Positions 1-12,071 of a stretch of 40,546 bases of DNA are shown piece by piece. The translations under genes and the position numbers were made by a program. The notes under the pieces were generated by a model. It saw only the letters and a list, made by a program, of their open reading frames with translations. It was not told the origin of the DNA and made no database searches. This DNA is from Vezdaea acicularis (lineage: Eukaryota). The stretch lies in assembly GCA_026025075.1 (NCBI GenBank), contig JAPEUI010000133.1, positions 1-40,546 of the forward strand, read 5' to 3'. Each line of letters opens with the position of its first letter. Positions within the stretch are counted from its first letter, which is position 1.

Positions 1-2468
1 CAAAGTACCGATTCGCCGATGAGAAAATTTACACCGGAGGAAATCAAGGGTTACAAAGAAAGCCTCATTCAAAAGATGCCAAACATAACAGATGAACAGG
101 TAGTGAACTTTGTGCTTCAAAGAATGGCCGCGAATACCCAGCAGCAGCAGCGGAATCAAGCCAACATCCAAAGACCAATTGGAGGTACAGAGCAAACATT
201 CTCAATGCGACAGCCAGACTTCAACCCTGCCCCGCAAGGCGCATGGAATGAGTCTCAGCAGTTTCAGCGCCCGGATCCTCCCCCAATGCAACCGCAAAAT
301 TCTCAATCATCAGCCTCGGGAAAAGCAGGACGAGGTCAAATGAATTCTGTCCCTCCGTCGCAAGACCAGAAGGCATCAGCACAAGCTCCTCCTCCAGCGC
401 AGCCGCGAAAGAACCTCAAAAGACCCAGTCCAGATCACGTCAACGAGAAGCTCCCTACAGAGCGACCAGGGCAACCCTCTCGGCAGCTACCCCTACAACA
501 GTCTACAGCACAAAAGCAAGCCCGAAAGTCGGACCTGGAAATCCAAACTGAAGAGAGAATGAAGCAGCTGTCGGCGCCCTGGATCAGTGTGACTAAGCAA
601 ATTGTTGAACGAGAAAGGGTTGCTATGAGCATGAAGCCCAAGCGAAAGATCGTGCAAATGAACGTTAACGAGAAGGGTGAAATGGTGAGGGTCCTTCAAA
701 ATCTTAAACGGGTTCAGCTAGATAGACTCAGCCGGAATCTTTATTTCGTATATGGCCATCTGGGAGGAGATATGGTCAAGCAATACCAACAAATGGTAAG
801 CCGTCGTCACATGTCTAAAGATGAACCTTACTAACAGACGTTTAGAGAATGGTCCTTGAGCAGCAATTTCCTAAAGAAGCGGGGAGCGACCCAGCAAATC
901 TGAACTTCACGATATCCCTTGACGATTTGAGGCAGTATGTGTTAAAGATTGATGGCTTGATGAAGTTGTTCCTCGAAAAGCATGTGGCCTTTCATAAGAG
1001 TTGCATGGATAGCGTTCAAGGCCAGAGCGGTCAGCAGCTCGGTCAGTCTCAACCTCACAACATCAATCAAGGGATACCGCCCCAGCAGCAGCAACAGGCG
1101 GAGGGGCGAAGTCTTCCCCTGAATGCGAAGAACTTGCAACAGCACCAAGAAGAATTCAAGAATCAACGGCAACAGATCCAGCACAAGGCTGCAGGACGTG
1201 GCAACCAAGCACCCGCCGCTCCAACGTCCTCCAAGCCACCTTTCGCATTCGGCGCTGCATCTCCTCAAGGTGTACCTTTGTATGCGAGCAACGAACAGCC
1301 CGTCCAGCCCAAGCTGCCACCAAAGAAGAAGCATAAGGGCAACCAAGGCGGCAGCACAGCTTCAACACCAGCAAACAACCAATCAACACCTACTGCCGTG
1401 ACCTCGCCGAAGCTGCTCAAAGTCAACTCACCCCAAGTCAACCGAAAGGCAGGACAAGAAGCCGCCAAGCCTCCAGCAGAAGCCCAACCAATCTTTAAGT
1501 GCCCTGTTGCAGCCTGCGACGCCCACAACACCCCCTTCAAGACAGAGCTCGACCTTAAGAAACACATCTTCGACGTTCACGAACCAAAAGAACCTCCTAT
1601 CCGAGACCCGCTCAAGTTCGCCCTCGAGACCGTCGCCTTGACCGTCGGCCTCAATCAAGACGGCACAAGGAAACAAGTCAAAGAGCCGGCCGCCGCTCAA
1701 CCCATGGCGCGCACGCCCTCCAAACTCTCGCAGGCGCTCAAGTCGAAACCCAGCGCTGGGCCCCTCGCTCGCACCGCCACCCAAACCGCCGGCAGCTCTA
1801 AAATGTCGCCGAATCCGAGCCAGCAGAAAGGAACGCCACAAGGCGCACCGAATAAAGCACCCACCTCGTCTGCCATGCAAGCTGGTGGTGTTAGCAAGCA
1901 ATCCAAGACCGCTTCTCCAGACAAATCATCGGACAAGGAACCCACGTCGCAGCAGTCGACGCCCCCATCGCTACTCTGGGCTGACAGTTCGATTAGTCCC
2001 GAAGACATGCGGCGCTGCTTCGAGGGCATGGCCGGGCTGCCCGGCCTGTCCACCAAGGAGGACTTTAGCAGCCTGAGTAGCGCGCACACGCCGAGTACGG
2101 ATAGCAAGACCTCGCCCGGCCACGCAAGCGATATTGGCGAGGGAGACAAACTCATGATCAATCTCGCTGCCTCAGTGGCCGGCGACAGGGACAAAGGCGT
2201 CAAGGATCTCGATCTGGACGTGAATATGGACATGGACCTCGACGGGCTCGGTGACGGGCACAAGATGGACTGGTTCAGCATGGCCGATCCCGGCGCGGAG
2301 TTTATGGGTGCGCCAGCAGGAGGCGTGGGCCTCGAGGGCGGCATCGAGAAGTTGGATATGGAGGAGGATCTGTCGTGGTGGGCGGATCTGGGGGAGAGCT
2401 ACGGCGACGCGACGCAAGAAGAGGACATGCTGTTTGGGGATCAGGGCGTGTTTGGCCTGACGTTGTGA
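1..2468 (+). CDS. MED15: Mediator subunit Med15/Gal11-like coactivator, 3' portion (5' end outside window); intron 796-845
   Basis: Q/P-rich low-complexity ORFs 19-834 and 849-2468 join in frame through a GTAAGC...CTAAC...TTTAG intron. The helical central region, C2H2-like motif (CPVAAC...H...H) and acidic tail fit my recollection of filamentous-fungal Med15. Confidence 0.6.
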
Positions 2469-2611
2469 AGGAAGTAAGGAAGGGAGTGATTTGTACGATT
2501 ATGACCCATGCGTGGAGGGCTTGGGTAGGCGTTTCGTGTTGCTTTTTTTCGGCTTTCGGCCTCTTTTCGTCTCTCCCTCCGCACACGCACAGGAGGGTAA
2601 TGTATTGCACT

Positions 2612-2695
2612 TGGGTCTGGGTCTGGGTCTGGGTTTGGGTCTGGGTCTGGGTCTGGGTCTGGGTCTGGGTCTGGGTCTCGGTCTGGGCTCTGGGT
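2612..2695 (+). repeat. (TGGGTC)n hexanucleotide microsatellite, ~13 units
   Basis: Directly visible tandem repeat just 3' of the MED15 stop codon. Confidence 0.95.
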
Positions 2696-2860
2696 TTCCG
2701 GGGTGTCGGGTCACGGGCATGTCAACCACGATCTCCTTCCACGCGGCCTCGACGCGTTCACGGACTTGATCATATGCGGCGCATCACTGTCATTTTTATT
2801 TTGTTCGCCCTTGGGAACTTTATGGGAGGGGAATGGGAACTTAATGGGAGGCTGACTTCC

Positions 2861-2887
2861 GTCGTCGTCGTCGTCGTCGTCGTCGTC
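2861..2887 (+). repeat. (GTC)9 microsatellite
   Basis: Directly visible. Confidence 0.95.
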
Positions 2888-3467
2888 ATTACAAAAGCTT
2901 GGGTGGGACGGTCCTTTTGGGTTGCGCGCTTTTAGATGGATGGAGAATGCGTGGGTGGGACGGGGTGGGAATATATGAGTGGCATAGACGTTGTAACTCA
3001 AACGTTTTGTCCTCCCCGTTTTTCGGGGGACTTGATGACATGGTCTCAGTAGTTGGGTGATTTGTTGCGTGAACCCATCTCCCAGCCCGACCCCTTCTCC
3101 TTTCTCGCGGATGCATAGAAGCTATACCCCTTCCCCATTCCCCCGTCGACGGAAGAACAGCTAGTCCTACAACTCGCACGCCTGATGTGGGGTCTTGCAC
3201 TTGCATATGGGCACTAGTACTTCTCCACATGATTAAATACTAAATATCTACGCCCCTTTTCTCAGATGGAGGGAGTCACGTGATACATCTCAAGTGCAGG
3301 GTCATGATTTGATTTCGTGATGGAAAGACACTCATATATCAGCTCTGATAAAACACGTGAAAACACATGTAAACGCATATTTCACCTCTGCTAGCATTCA
3401 CCCCCCCTTCTTCCTCCTCCTCTGTGGCGCTAGAGCATATAAATATATCCCCCCTTTTCTCCCTCTC

Positions 3468-3488
3468 CTTCTTCTTCTTCTTCTTCTT
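3468..3488 (+). repeat. (CTT)7 microsatellite within a pyrimidine tract
   Basis: Directly visible, ~25 nt downstream of TATAAA at 3438-3443. Confidence 0.9.
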
Positions 3489-3527
3489 TTTCTTTCTTCT
3501 TTCTCTAGGCAAGAGCAAGGAAGAAGA

Positions 3528-3619
3528 AGGGCTTCGTAGCTTTGCTCTTAGGAGCCCGGTGCTGCCTCTCCCGTCGTCGGCGGCGGCGGCGGTTGCGTAG
3601 AGCAGAGCTACGAAGCTCT
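3528..3619 (+). other. Inverted repeat / hairpin with a ~21-bp stem
   Basis: AGGGCTTCGTAGCTTTGCTCT (3528-3548) pairs with AGAGCAGAGCTACGAAGCTCT (3599-3619); the only deviations are two G-U pairs. Confidence 0.8.
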
Positions 3620-6193
3620 ACCACAGACAAGGTTTCAGGTGAGTTAGTTGATTTTTGAAGTAGGGGGGAGGTGAAGTGAGAGATGAAGGGCTGATGCTAT
3701 GGGTATGTGTGATACCGATATAGGTCTTGGGGCGGATGTGTGAGAGGCGGAGAAAGCTGGGGAAGAAGGGAGTGGGAGGGATGTGAGGTGAGGTGGGGGT
3801 TTGGGGCATGTGAGTGCGCGACGGGAAGGGGAGCTAAAGAGAGATGCAAGGTTTTCGAACAGACTCAACGCAGTAACCACTTCACCTCACCCTCGTCGTC
3901 CCCCCCGGCCGCCATATTCCACTCATCAGCACCCAACATCCTCCTCCACGCGACAACCAAGAAAAACGAAGGACAAAAGACCCACAGCGCACCCTCCCAT
4001 CCGAGCGTCACCTCATCAAACGTGGGCTTCACGGGCCTCCCACGAGGGATGGATGCTTACTACAGAACATAGTAAGGTTTGCTCGTTAGCTCAAATTTCG
4101 GTGCACGCACCGATCACGTCTCGATCCGGAAAACCTGGGGAAGATGACGAATGAGGCGAGGAAGGATGGCAAGGGGGGTTTAGCTTATCGGAAGATGGGA
4201 TGCGATGGGATGCGATGCGATGCGCGAGATTGCCTGGTATGTCAGCTTTTGGGCCTGAGCTTGGGGCCCAAGTGTTAACTCATTTTGATGTCTGGGCAAC
4301 AGAGGCGATGGAGCATGTTTGTGTTAGGCCGGGTGGTGGCATCGATACAGTGGGAGTCACCAAGATCACAGCGGGGTCATTCTGATCTGAAGACTTTGCG
4401 GTCGTCCGACCCGCGGGTTGGAAACATCGTCTTCAATGCTTTACGTTGGATGAGACGCGAGGGGAGGTGAAACGTAGGAAAAAGGGCACCCGCGCGACTC
4501 TCGAGACGGGGGTTGGGCCCGATGCGAAGAGATAAACGTGAAAATGAAAGAAAAGCGCAGAATTAACAGGTTTCTGCGCGCAGAATGTGGGAAATGGAGA
4601 TGAGTAGGAGATCGGAATCTCCAACAGGCAATGCGATCAACAGAAGTTGAGGAATGTCGTTTGCATAGCTCACGAAGGCGCGATGGAGCGAGAAAAGGCA
4701 AAAGCGGTCTTCCTGAAACGGCGCGGATGAATGCTTGGCGGCCGACTCCCCTCAGTGAGCGCCGCAGGAGAGCAGAGCTGCCGTGCTTCTCTAACGTCTC
4801 GTCCACGAGCATCAAGTCTCCGGGCGTTGTCCCGGAACAAGAAAGGTTTTGTCTTGGGAATACTCCACACTGAAGAATACCAGCTGCGACAGACAACCAT
4901 GTACCCCAGCGTGCGAAAACGCGGGCGCCGGATTTTAAAAAAGGGTTGGTGGAGGGAAAAGATTGCAAGAGCGCAGGCGACAATTAGGACTAATTTTCCA
5001 ACGGTCGACCAGTCAGGACGCGCCGTGGCAATTTGCCTATCGATTGCGATAACTCACTGGGCGTTTCTTGGTGCTAGACAGCTGGCGGGAGTGACATGCA
5101 GCGCACTGCCACGTCGAGAAGGTGACCGTTGCCAATGTGACTTGTGTCCAACGGGGTGCGCGACTGAGGAATGTTCATTTCTTCTTGCGCGTAAGTCAAT
5201 GCTTGGCTTGGCGGCCACGCTCGACATTCCTCGAGCGCCCACGAGCGAAGTACTTGCTGGAGGATGTTGCTAGGCCGGTGAATCAGGGCAAGGCGCGGTA
5301 CCTGTACCTGGACAACGGCTCCATCATCTCAAGGCCCGGATAATTGGGCCCTGGTTTGGCGACCGGGATTGGTCTGCTCTCGCACGCAGGACGAGGATGC
5401 GCGATGCTGTGAGATTAGTCACGACTTTCTCTGGCTCGCGGGCGACTCGTGCTTGGCGCGGCGGGCGGGTGCGGTGCAGGCGCATCGGCCCAGGGGAAAT
5501 TGCACGCTCCTTCCGGGCCCGCCCATTGGCGCCAACTGCCACACCCACCACACCCCACGCCCGCGCAGCCATGAACCCTGGGCCAGCGGTATCGGGTGCG
5601 TCGCGTCTGGGGGTGGGCCGAGGGGGGGGGGGCCAGAACACGGGAGACGAGACGATTAGGGTTTTCTCTTCGCCTGCCGCTGCCCTTGTCTCGGGGAGAT
5701 GAGAGATGAGCGGCGATGGCTCGGTCGCCCACCCAAAATTGGCTCATATATCAATGCGCCTCGCCTGGCCGTGCGCTCGCTGTCGCTGTAGCTACTTTTT
5801 TGCTGTGTTGATCTTGCAACCCACAAACCCTCTCACCTTTACAACACCGTCTTCTCTACACAGTCACTCTTTACGCTGTGCTTGCCCTTGGATTGAGCAG
5901 CGCTCGATCGTACCCTCTCTTGGAATATCCGCCGACACACTCACTACACTTGACTTGACTTCGACAGTCCTTCAAAAGCCCGCTTCAACGAAGCACTCGA
6001 GTCCTTTGCGACAAGAACAAAATTGAATCGACTCACAGGCGTCCACCTCAATACAGCCCAGAATCTTCAGCCAAACAAAAATTGCGTATCGCAGCGCATA
6101 CACCTCAGTTTTAGCAGCTCTGTTCGTTCCCACAACCTCGTCGAACTAGACGTCCACCGTACTTTCACGACCCCATCGCAAAACTTGGTCGCC

Positions 6194-6589
6194 ATGCGCG
6201 TCACCACTATCCTTGCCGCCGGGCTTGCCCTCGCTGGCACAGCCTTTGCGGACTCCTCTTTGACCTCCTACTCGACCATTACACGTACCGTTTCTCAGGT
6301 CGTGGCCACGTCCACCGTGACGACAAGCTCCTGCACCACCAGCTCAAGTTCCGTCTATTACCCCACCACCAACTCCACGTCCTTCTACAAACCCACATCC
6401 GGCGTTGCTTCCTCCTCCGCGAAACCAGTCGTCGTCTCAACCGGTACCACCGCCGTCGTTCCGGTCGCGCCAACCACCAATTCAGCGCCGTCTCCGGCCA
6501 TCACCGGCGCCGCCTCGAATCTCGCTGGCAGCGTTGGCTTCGCCGCCATCGCTGGTATCGTCGCTGCCATCGGTGCCGGTATTCTATAG
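6194..6589 (+). CDS. Small secreted Ser/Thr-rich, probably GPI-anchored cell-wall protein (131 aa)
   Basis: Signal peptide MRVTTILAAGLALAGTAFA, S/T-rich body, TGAA omega-site-like motif and hydrophobic C-terminus (VGFAAIAGIVAAIGAGIL). Good GCCATG context and strong C-ending codon bias. Confidence 0.85.
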   Translation: MRVTTILAAGLALAGTAFADSSLTSYSTITRTVSQVVATSTVTTSSCTTSSSSVYYPTTNSTSFYKPTSGVASSSAKPVVVSTGTTAVVPVAPTTNSAPSPAITGAASNLAGSVGFAAIAGIVAAIGAGIL

Positions 6590-7165
6590 GTGGTGGGTGG
6601 CTACTCTGCTAGATTCGAACGCTCAATAATCTACAAAGCGATAATGGCTCGCCTGGCGCTATGGAAGGCAATGTAGATAGAAACCGTGGCGACGGAGGAT
6701 AGCTGCTTAATTTTCTACCCGGGCCCCCTTGCGCTGGGTCTTTCTTTACGGATACCATGGTTTTTTCTGCCTCCTGGAGAGTTCGGTGTTCGACGGTGTC
6801 GTCCTTGCCTCTACTTCTCATACCTCCTTCACCTAGAGTTATTTTGTCATTTCGAACAGATCATATCTGCTTCGCTGTCTCAGGCTGGTGGCAACCTGTT
6901 TGCTAGAAACGATGTACACAGCTTACGCTCTCACGTAACTCGATCTAAAAACATTTCTCAAAAAGGAATGCCCTTTTTGCAAATGCATGTGACTAATGAC
7001 GCGAGCAAGAGTGAAACATGAGCCCATGTTCAAAAGAGATGACACCATGCGATCCTCGCTCTACCTAATCGACTCCGTGCCATGCCGTTCTTCGTCGAGA
7101 GATCTTCAAGTGAAGTGAAAACAAAGTAGAGGGCTCATTGCAGATATGTAGCCATTGCAGGACTG

Positions 7166-7948
7166 TCATACGCCGTTGGTTGGGCCTCCCCCGTTCTCTG
7201 TGGTCCCATCATCAATGACAAAGTCCCATACGCTACCCTTCCAGTCTGCTATCCGCCCATCCTTGACGTCGACAATCACAACCCTGACCTCCTCGTCCTC
7301 GATGAAACGTCCTCTCCCTCCATCGCCAGGCCCACTTGCTCCGTCTGGCCCACCAAGTAAGCCCCTCTCTTCCCGTGCTTGGTCGCCAAACGTATTGTTT
7401 TCCAGATGCTTCTCTTTGCAGAACTTCTCCTCGGCGGTTCCTCGTTCCACGATCCTGGCAACGCCATTTATAGTGGCGGATATACTCGATAGGGCTGATG
7501 AGTTCAGGTTCAACAGGAGGCTTGCCAGACTAGACCTAGTGGCTTGAGGCGGCGGTGAAGATGTTTGAGTGAGATTAGGGTTGGCAGTGGGCGGCCGATG
7601 TGAAACCCAGTCATGGACTAAGAGAGATACGTTCGGGTTTTTTATGAGATTTAGAGTCTTTTTCGAGGAAGGATTCGTAGTCATTATAATGGATGGATGT
7701 GAATGGAAAGGCGTGCTTGGGAGATAGGTATAGTTCATGAGCGAGACATGAGGAAAGAGAGAGTCACATGTTGCAAGATGAAGCTGCAAGGGTATTAGGA
7801 AGGGGACAAGCCATCAGAGCTCCAGGGTACATACAAATCGTGCATTGTTCAGGCAAGCCACTACTTCTGGGGGTAGGGCAGGTGACTTTTGCGGATGGGT
7901 GACAGTGGCCGAAGCCTCATAACTCAATGGCGGGTTCCTCTCTGCCAT
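7166..7948 (-). CDS. Pyridoxamine 5'-phosphate oxidase-like FMN-binding protein; intron 7784-7834
   Basis: Spliced product reads LPPEVVACLNNARF|LHLATC...PHVSLMNYTY...NPNVSLLVHDW, typical of the fungal PNPOx-like family. Intron GTATGT...CTAAT...CAG. Confidence 0.85.
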
Positions 7949-8341
7949 GGCTCCGTTGAAGCAGCCGTAGGAAGCAATGCAGGTCGACAGCTGTTGATTG
8001 CGTCCTGAGTTCTGTTCTCTATGTAGCACTTAGTGGGGCGCCCGTCTCTGTCGGGAGCTAAGCATCACGTGCGTCTCCACAAAAGCCCGCTAGCTCCCGT
8101 CCAACTCGCCCCAATTGAATGCGGAGAAGCCACCTCCCGGCAGCTCTCCAGCCAATAACTTAGTCAGACCACGTCCCAGCATTCCTGCCTGTACCCCGCG
8201 TTCTTAGACTGTCCTTCCTCCACAATCCTTACACTTTTCCTTTCCCCATAACGCCACTAAGGCGGACGTGAGCTCACCCCGAGCTTCGTTGGTTTCCTTT
8301 TTTCCCTCATCTCCCTTCTCACCCTCCTTATCAAAGCCATC

Positions 8342-9555
8342 ATGCTCACGCGACGCCTTGTGTCCCAATCTCGAGCACTCCATGTATCCTCTTACTCAAT
8401 CCGCTCCTTCACCACTTCACAAGCACCGCAAGAATCACACCCCAAATACCCAAGATCACCTTCTCTTGCGGATGTCACCCCTGATGGCTCTGCCAAATTT
8501 GAATATTTGCAGAAGCAGTTTCGAGAGAAGACAGCTGCTGAGATGAAAGCTAGGGAGCAGAAAGACAGTCAGTTCCACGCTTATGGATCTATCACTCGTT
8601 TGCCTCTTTCCCCTGCGTATGCACGTGGGGCTTCCAATGCTTCTTCTGGGAGCAACGGAAGCTCTGCTACCGATCCCTCACAGCCAATGGCAGTAGGCTC
8701 ACTATTCACGGACGATACAGGCAGCAAGTCCGAATCCGAATCTTCGAAGCGGAAAGGCCCATTCTCATCCCTGATATATGGGACTGACGAGGGCCAGAAG
8801 ATGGATCAGGAGATAGAGAAGTCGTTCTCTCAAGTATTAGCTAGAGGAAAATACGTCCACTCGATTGTATTCCATCAAGTCAAACCCAACAAAGTCGACG
8901 AATACGCCGATTTAGTGGGGAAGTGGTATCCTAGGATGGCTGCTATGCCCGAGAATAAAGTCAACCTGGTGGGAAGTTGGCGGACAGAAGTTGGCGACTG
9001 TGATACATTTGGTAGGCTTCTAATTTCAAACGCTGCTCAAGCTCGTGCCCCTAACTTTCTGCTACCATAGTACACATATGGGAATACCAGCGCTATCACG
9101 GCTACCACGCTTCTCTCCACTCTATCAACTCGCATCCCGACTTCCCTGACTTCGATCACAAACTCAAAGATCTGATTGTGTCGAAGAACACATCTCTCAT
9201 GCAAGAATTCTCTTTCTGGCCAACAACAAGCCCACGGAAGCTCGGTGGCCTCTTCGAGCTTCGCTCATATACACTTCACCCCGGAAACCTCCTCGAATGG
9301 GAAACTCACTGGCGCCGAGGTCTGAAGGCAAGACGGGAAGTAATGGAAGGGGTAGGAGCGTGGTTCGTGCAAATAGGAGAACTGAACACAGTTCACCACT
9401 TATGGCAGTTCGCAGACCTGGAGGAGCGGAAGCTTCGACGAGAGCGGAGCTGGGGCGTCGAGGGCTGGGGCGAGACCGTTCACAAGACCGTCCCCTTGAT
9501 CCAGACGATGAAGAGCAGGATTCTGATTCCCATGCCCTGGTCACCCGTGGCGTAG
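8342..9555 (+). CDS. Mitochondrial NIPSNAP family protein; intron ~9012-9070
   Basis: Mitochondrial presequence-like N-terminus; motifs LVGSWRTEVGDCDTF|VHIWEY, FELRSYTLHPGNLLEW, GAWFVQIGELNTVHHLW and SRILIPMPWSP. Confidence 0.9.
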
Positions 9556-9843
9556 GCGGCCCGTAGAGGGAGACTCAGAGCTAGACTTTCGTACCATGGT
9601 ACTCTCATTTACCCGCCACTAGCGAGACCGGCGTATGCCTCCATTCCACTAGACATCTATGTAACCAAGGTCCGATGTTTGTAATTTCATATATAGCTCT
9701 CATAGCAGAATAGGAGGCGAACCATATGGTACGAGCGTATCGCTGGTATTTCTCATCTATTCATTAGATCGAGCATGAGCGTTTGTTTATTTTATAGTAG
9801 CGCCATTGCGCCCTCATCTATCAACAAGTGAATCTAAAGTATG

Positions 9844-11793
9844 TCATGCCGTTCCATTCTCAGCGGGCTTCCCCTTGACTTCGCCCCGGACCCCGCCCTG
9901 CCTACCGACTTCACGCGCCGTGAACTGGATACTCAGGTCTGTTGCGACATTCGCCGTGACTTCGATCTTCGCTCCATGTTTGACGTTCCTCAAGGCGACT
10001 TCGGCTAAGACCGTGCCGACTCTCCATAGCTTCTCCCTGACCTCCTCGTCTTCTTCTTCGCTGTCGACGTCGGAGTCCTCGTCGTCATCTGAGGTCGTGC
10101 CATTGGCCTTCTTGGGCTCCACTTTCGTAACTTTGATCTCGCGGATGCCTTCGCATAGCTTCACCAGGACATCCTCGCCTTCCCTAGGAGCTAGGTAGTG
10201 GCCTGTCCGTCTTGCGGGTACGGCCGTTTCCGCTCCGAGCAAAGGCCGAAAGACGCCCTCCTTACTTGATGGAGAAGTCAGGATGACCCCGATGGCGTTG
10301 GAGAGATGAGATGTGACTGTCACCATGGGATGTGTGGACTGTTCGATATCCTCATGCTCGAACTCTTGGATGAGCGATGCCTGAATGGCAGCTCCTCGGG
10401 CGTGGAGTTCAGAGGGGTTTATGGCAGTGGGAGTTGTGGAAGGGGCGAGGACTGTGGCGTGCTGTGGTAGGAAGGCTTGGAGGTTTCGGGCGATCCTCGG
10501 TGTATGGGACGTTCCGCCAGAGAGTATAATCTATACGGGTGGTTAGCTAAAATGCGACGGTTTGTTGCCTACATGGTGTTTTCGCATACTTCGTCCACAT
10601 CGAGAACATCCAAACCAGCTTTCTCTATCGCGCTTTCAATCAATCTCGTAAAGCCTGAAAAGACTTTGGAAGCCAGAGATTCGTATCTCGTCCGGTTAAT
10701 GGTGGAGCTGAAATCGATGCCATCCACTAAGCTCTCTACATTGAGACTTGCGCTTGTACTTAAGCTTAAAGCCTTTTTCGTTGCTTCGGTCTCAAGCTTT
10801 AGCTTAGCTAGACTTCTTGCGTTTTCCCTTGGGTCTTTTTGGTGCTTTTTTATGAACTCTTTCGAGAAGTAATCTATGAGGATCTCATCCAGCTGGGTGC
10901 CTCCAAGCGAGTAGTCATGATTCGTTGCTAGGATTGTGTACATGCCTCCTCTCGAAGCAACAATAGCCACATCGGATCTTGTACCTCCCAGATCAGCTAC
11001 CACGATTGTCTTGTCCGTCACTTTGCTCTCAAGACGGGCGTCATACGCTAACAAAGCTGCAACAGGTTCATGAATAAATTGTAAGACATCGATACCAGCT
11101 AATCCAGCAGCATCAGTCAAAGCCTCTTTTTGAGCTTCACTGAAGTTCGTAGGGACCGTAATGACAGCAGCGTTGACCTCCTTTCCCAAGAAGTCGGAGG
11201 CTGAGGATTTCAGGCGGCGGAGATGTCGTGTCACAGTCTCTGAGACGGAAAGGTTGGAAAGGGTGTCAGATTCAGATTCCTGAATCAAAAAGGCTACCAT
11301 TGAGCCATGCTCTTGTGGGCGTGCCGAAGCGTGGCAATGTGTTGGGTCAATGGATTTGAAGCTGTGGCCTCATTAGTATGATTAGCTGCATCTGATCGAC
11401 CGTAGAACGCACTCCTGCCCTAGAAGATCTCGAAAGTATGCAATGGTGTTCTTGCTATTCCTGACTAGGTGTGATTTCCCTTGGGTTCCATGAAATTCTT
11501 CCCCGTCGACATAAGATAATATCGAAGGGATTTGACGATCTACGGAGACGTTAAGGTCGTTAGGCAAATTTGTAGCTCAGCGTCACGTACCACCCTCTTC
11601 GTTTGCTATGACTTCGGCTTTTCCTTCCTATGGCGACTCGGGTTTAGCTTAGCCTTAGAGTCACAACCCTTTCGGGACAGATAGAGCTCACTCCAGTTGT
11701 ATATGCAATCGAGCTGTTTGAGTTGCCGAAAGAAATTCCGATCGCGTTTCGCTCGCCAGGCACACTAATGAGCTCGTTCTTTATAGGACTCAT
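9844..11793 (-). CDS. SSZ1: Hsp70-family ribosome-associated complex subunit Ssz1 (multi-exon)
   Basis: AIGISFGNSNSSIAY, IANEEG|DRQIPS, VVADLGGTRSD and LSGGTSHTP motifs. Truncated C-terminal domain with an acidic patch, as in Ssz1. Confidence 0.92.
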
Positions 11794-12071
11794 GGTTCTC
11801 TCTTAGTCTAAAGGAGCATGTACAGATCAGTAGGTCAATGTTACTCAAACTGCTACTGTCCATGAATCGAGCGATTCATATACGCAAATAAAGTGCCAAA
11901 GTGTGCCGGAAACGCCAAGTAATTTTCTTTAGCGCAAGCTCCCCAGCTGTGCTAAATTGACATCGCATACTGTAAGCGATAGGGCCGGAACTAGCAAATT
12001 CACCCAGGTCCCAATTATGAAGGGAGAATAGCTAGGATCGAAATATAGATCTATCTTGTGAATTTTTTGAC

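Noticed and set aside
2375..3001. ORFs with (WV)n, (GL)n, (PR)n and poly-V/D tracts
   Set aside because: These are translations of the microsatellites.
4441..5747. Several 100-180 aa overlapping ORFs
   Set aside because: GC-rich sequence with few stops; no codon bias, splice pattern or motif.
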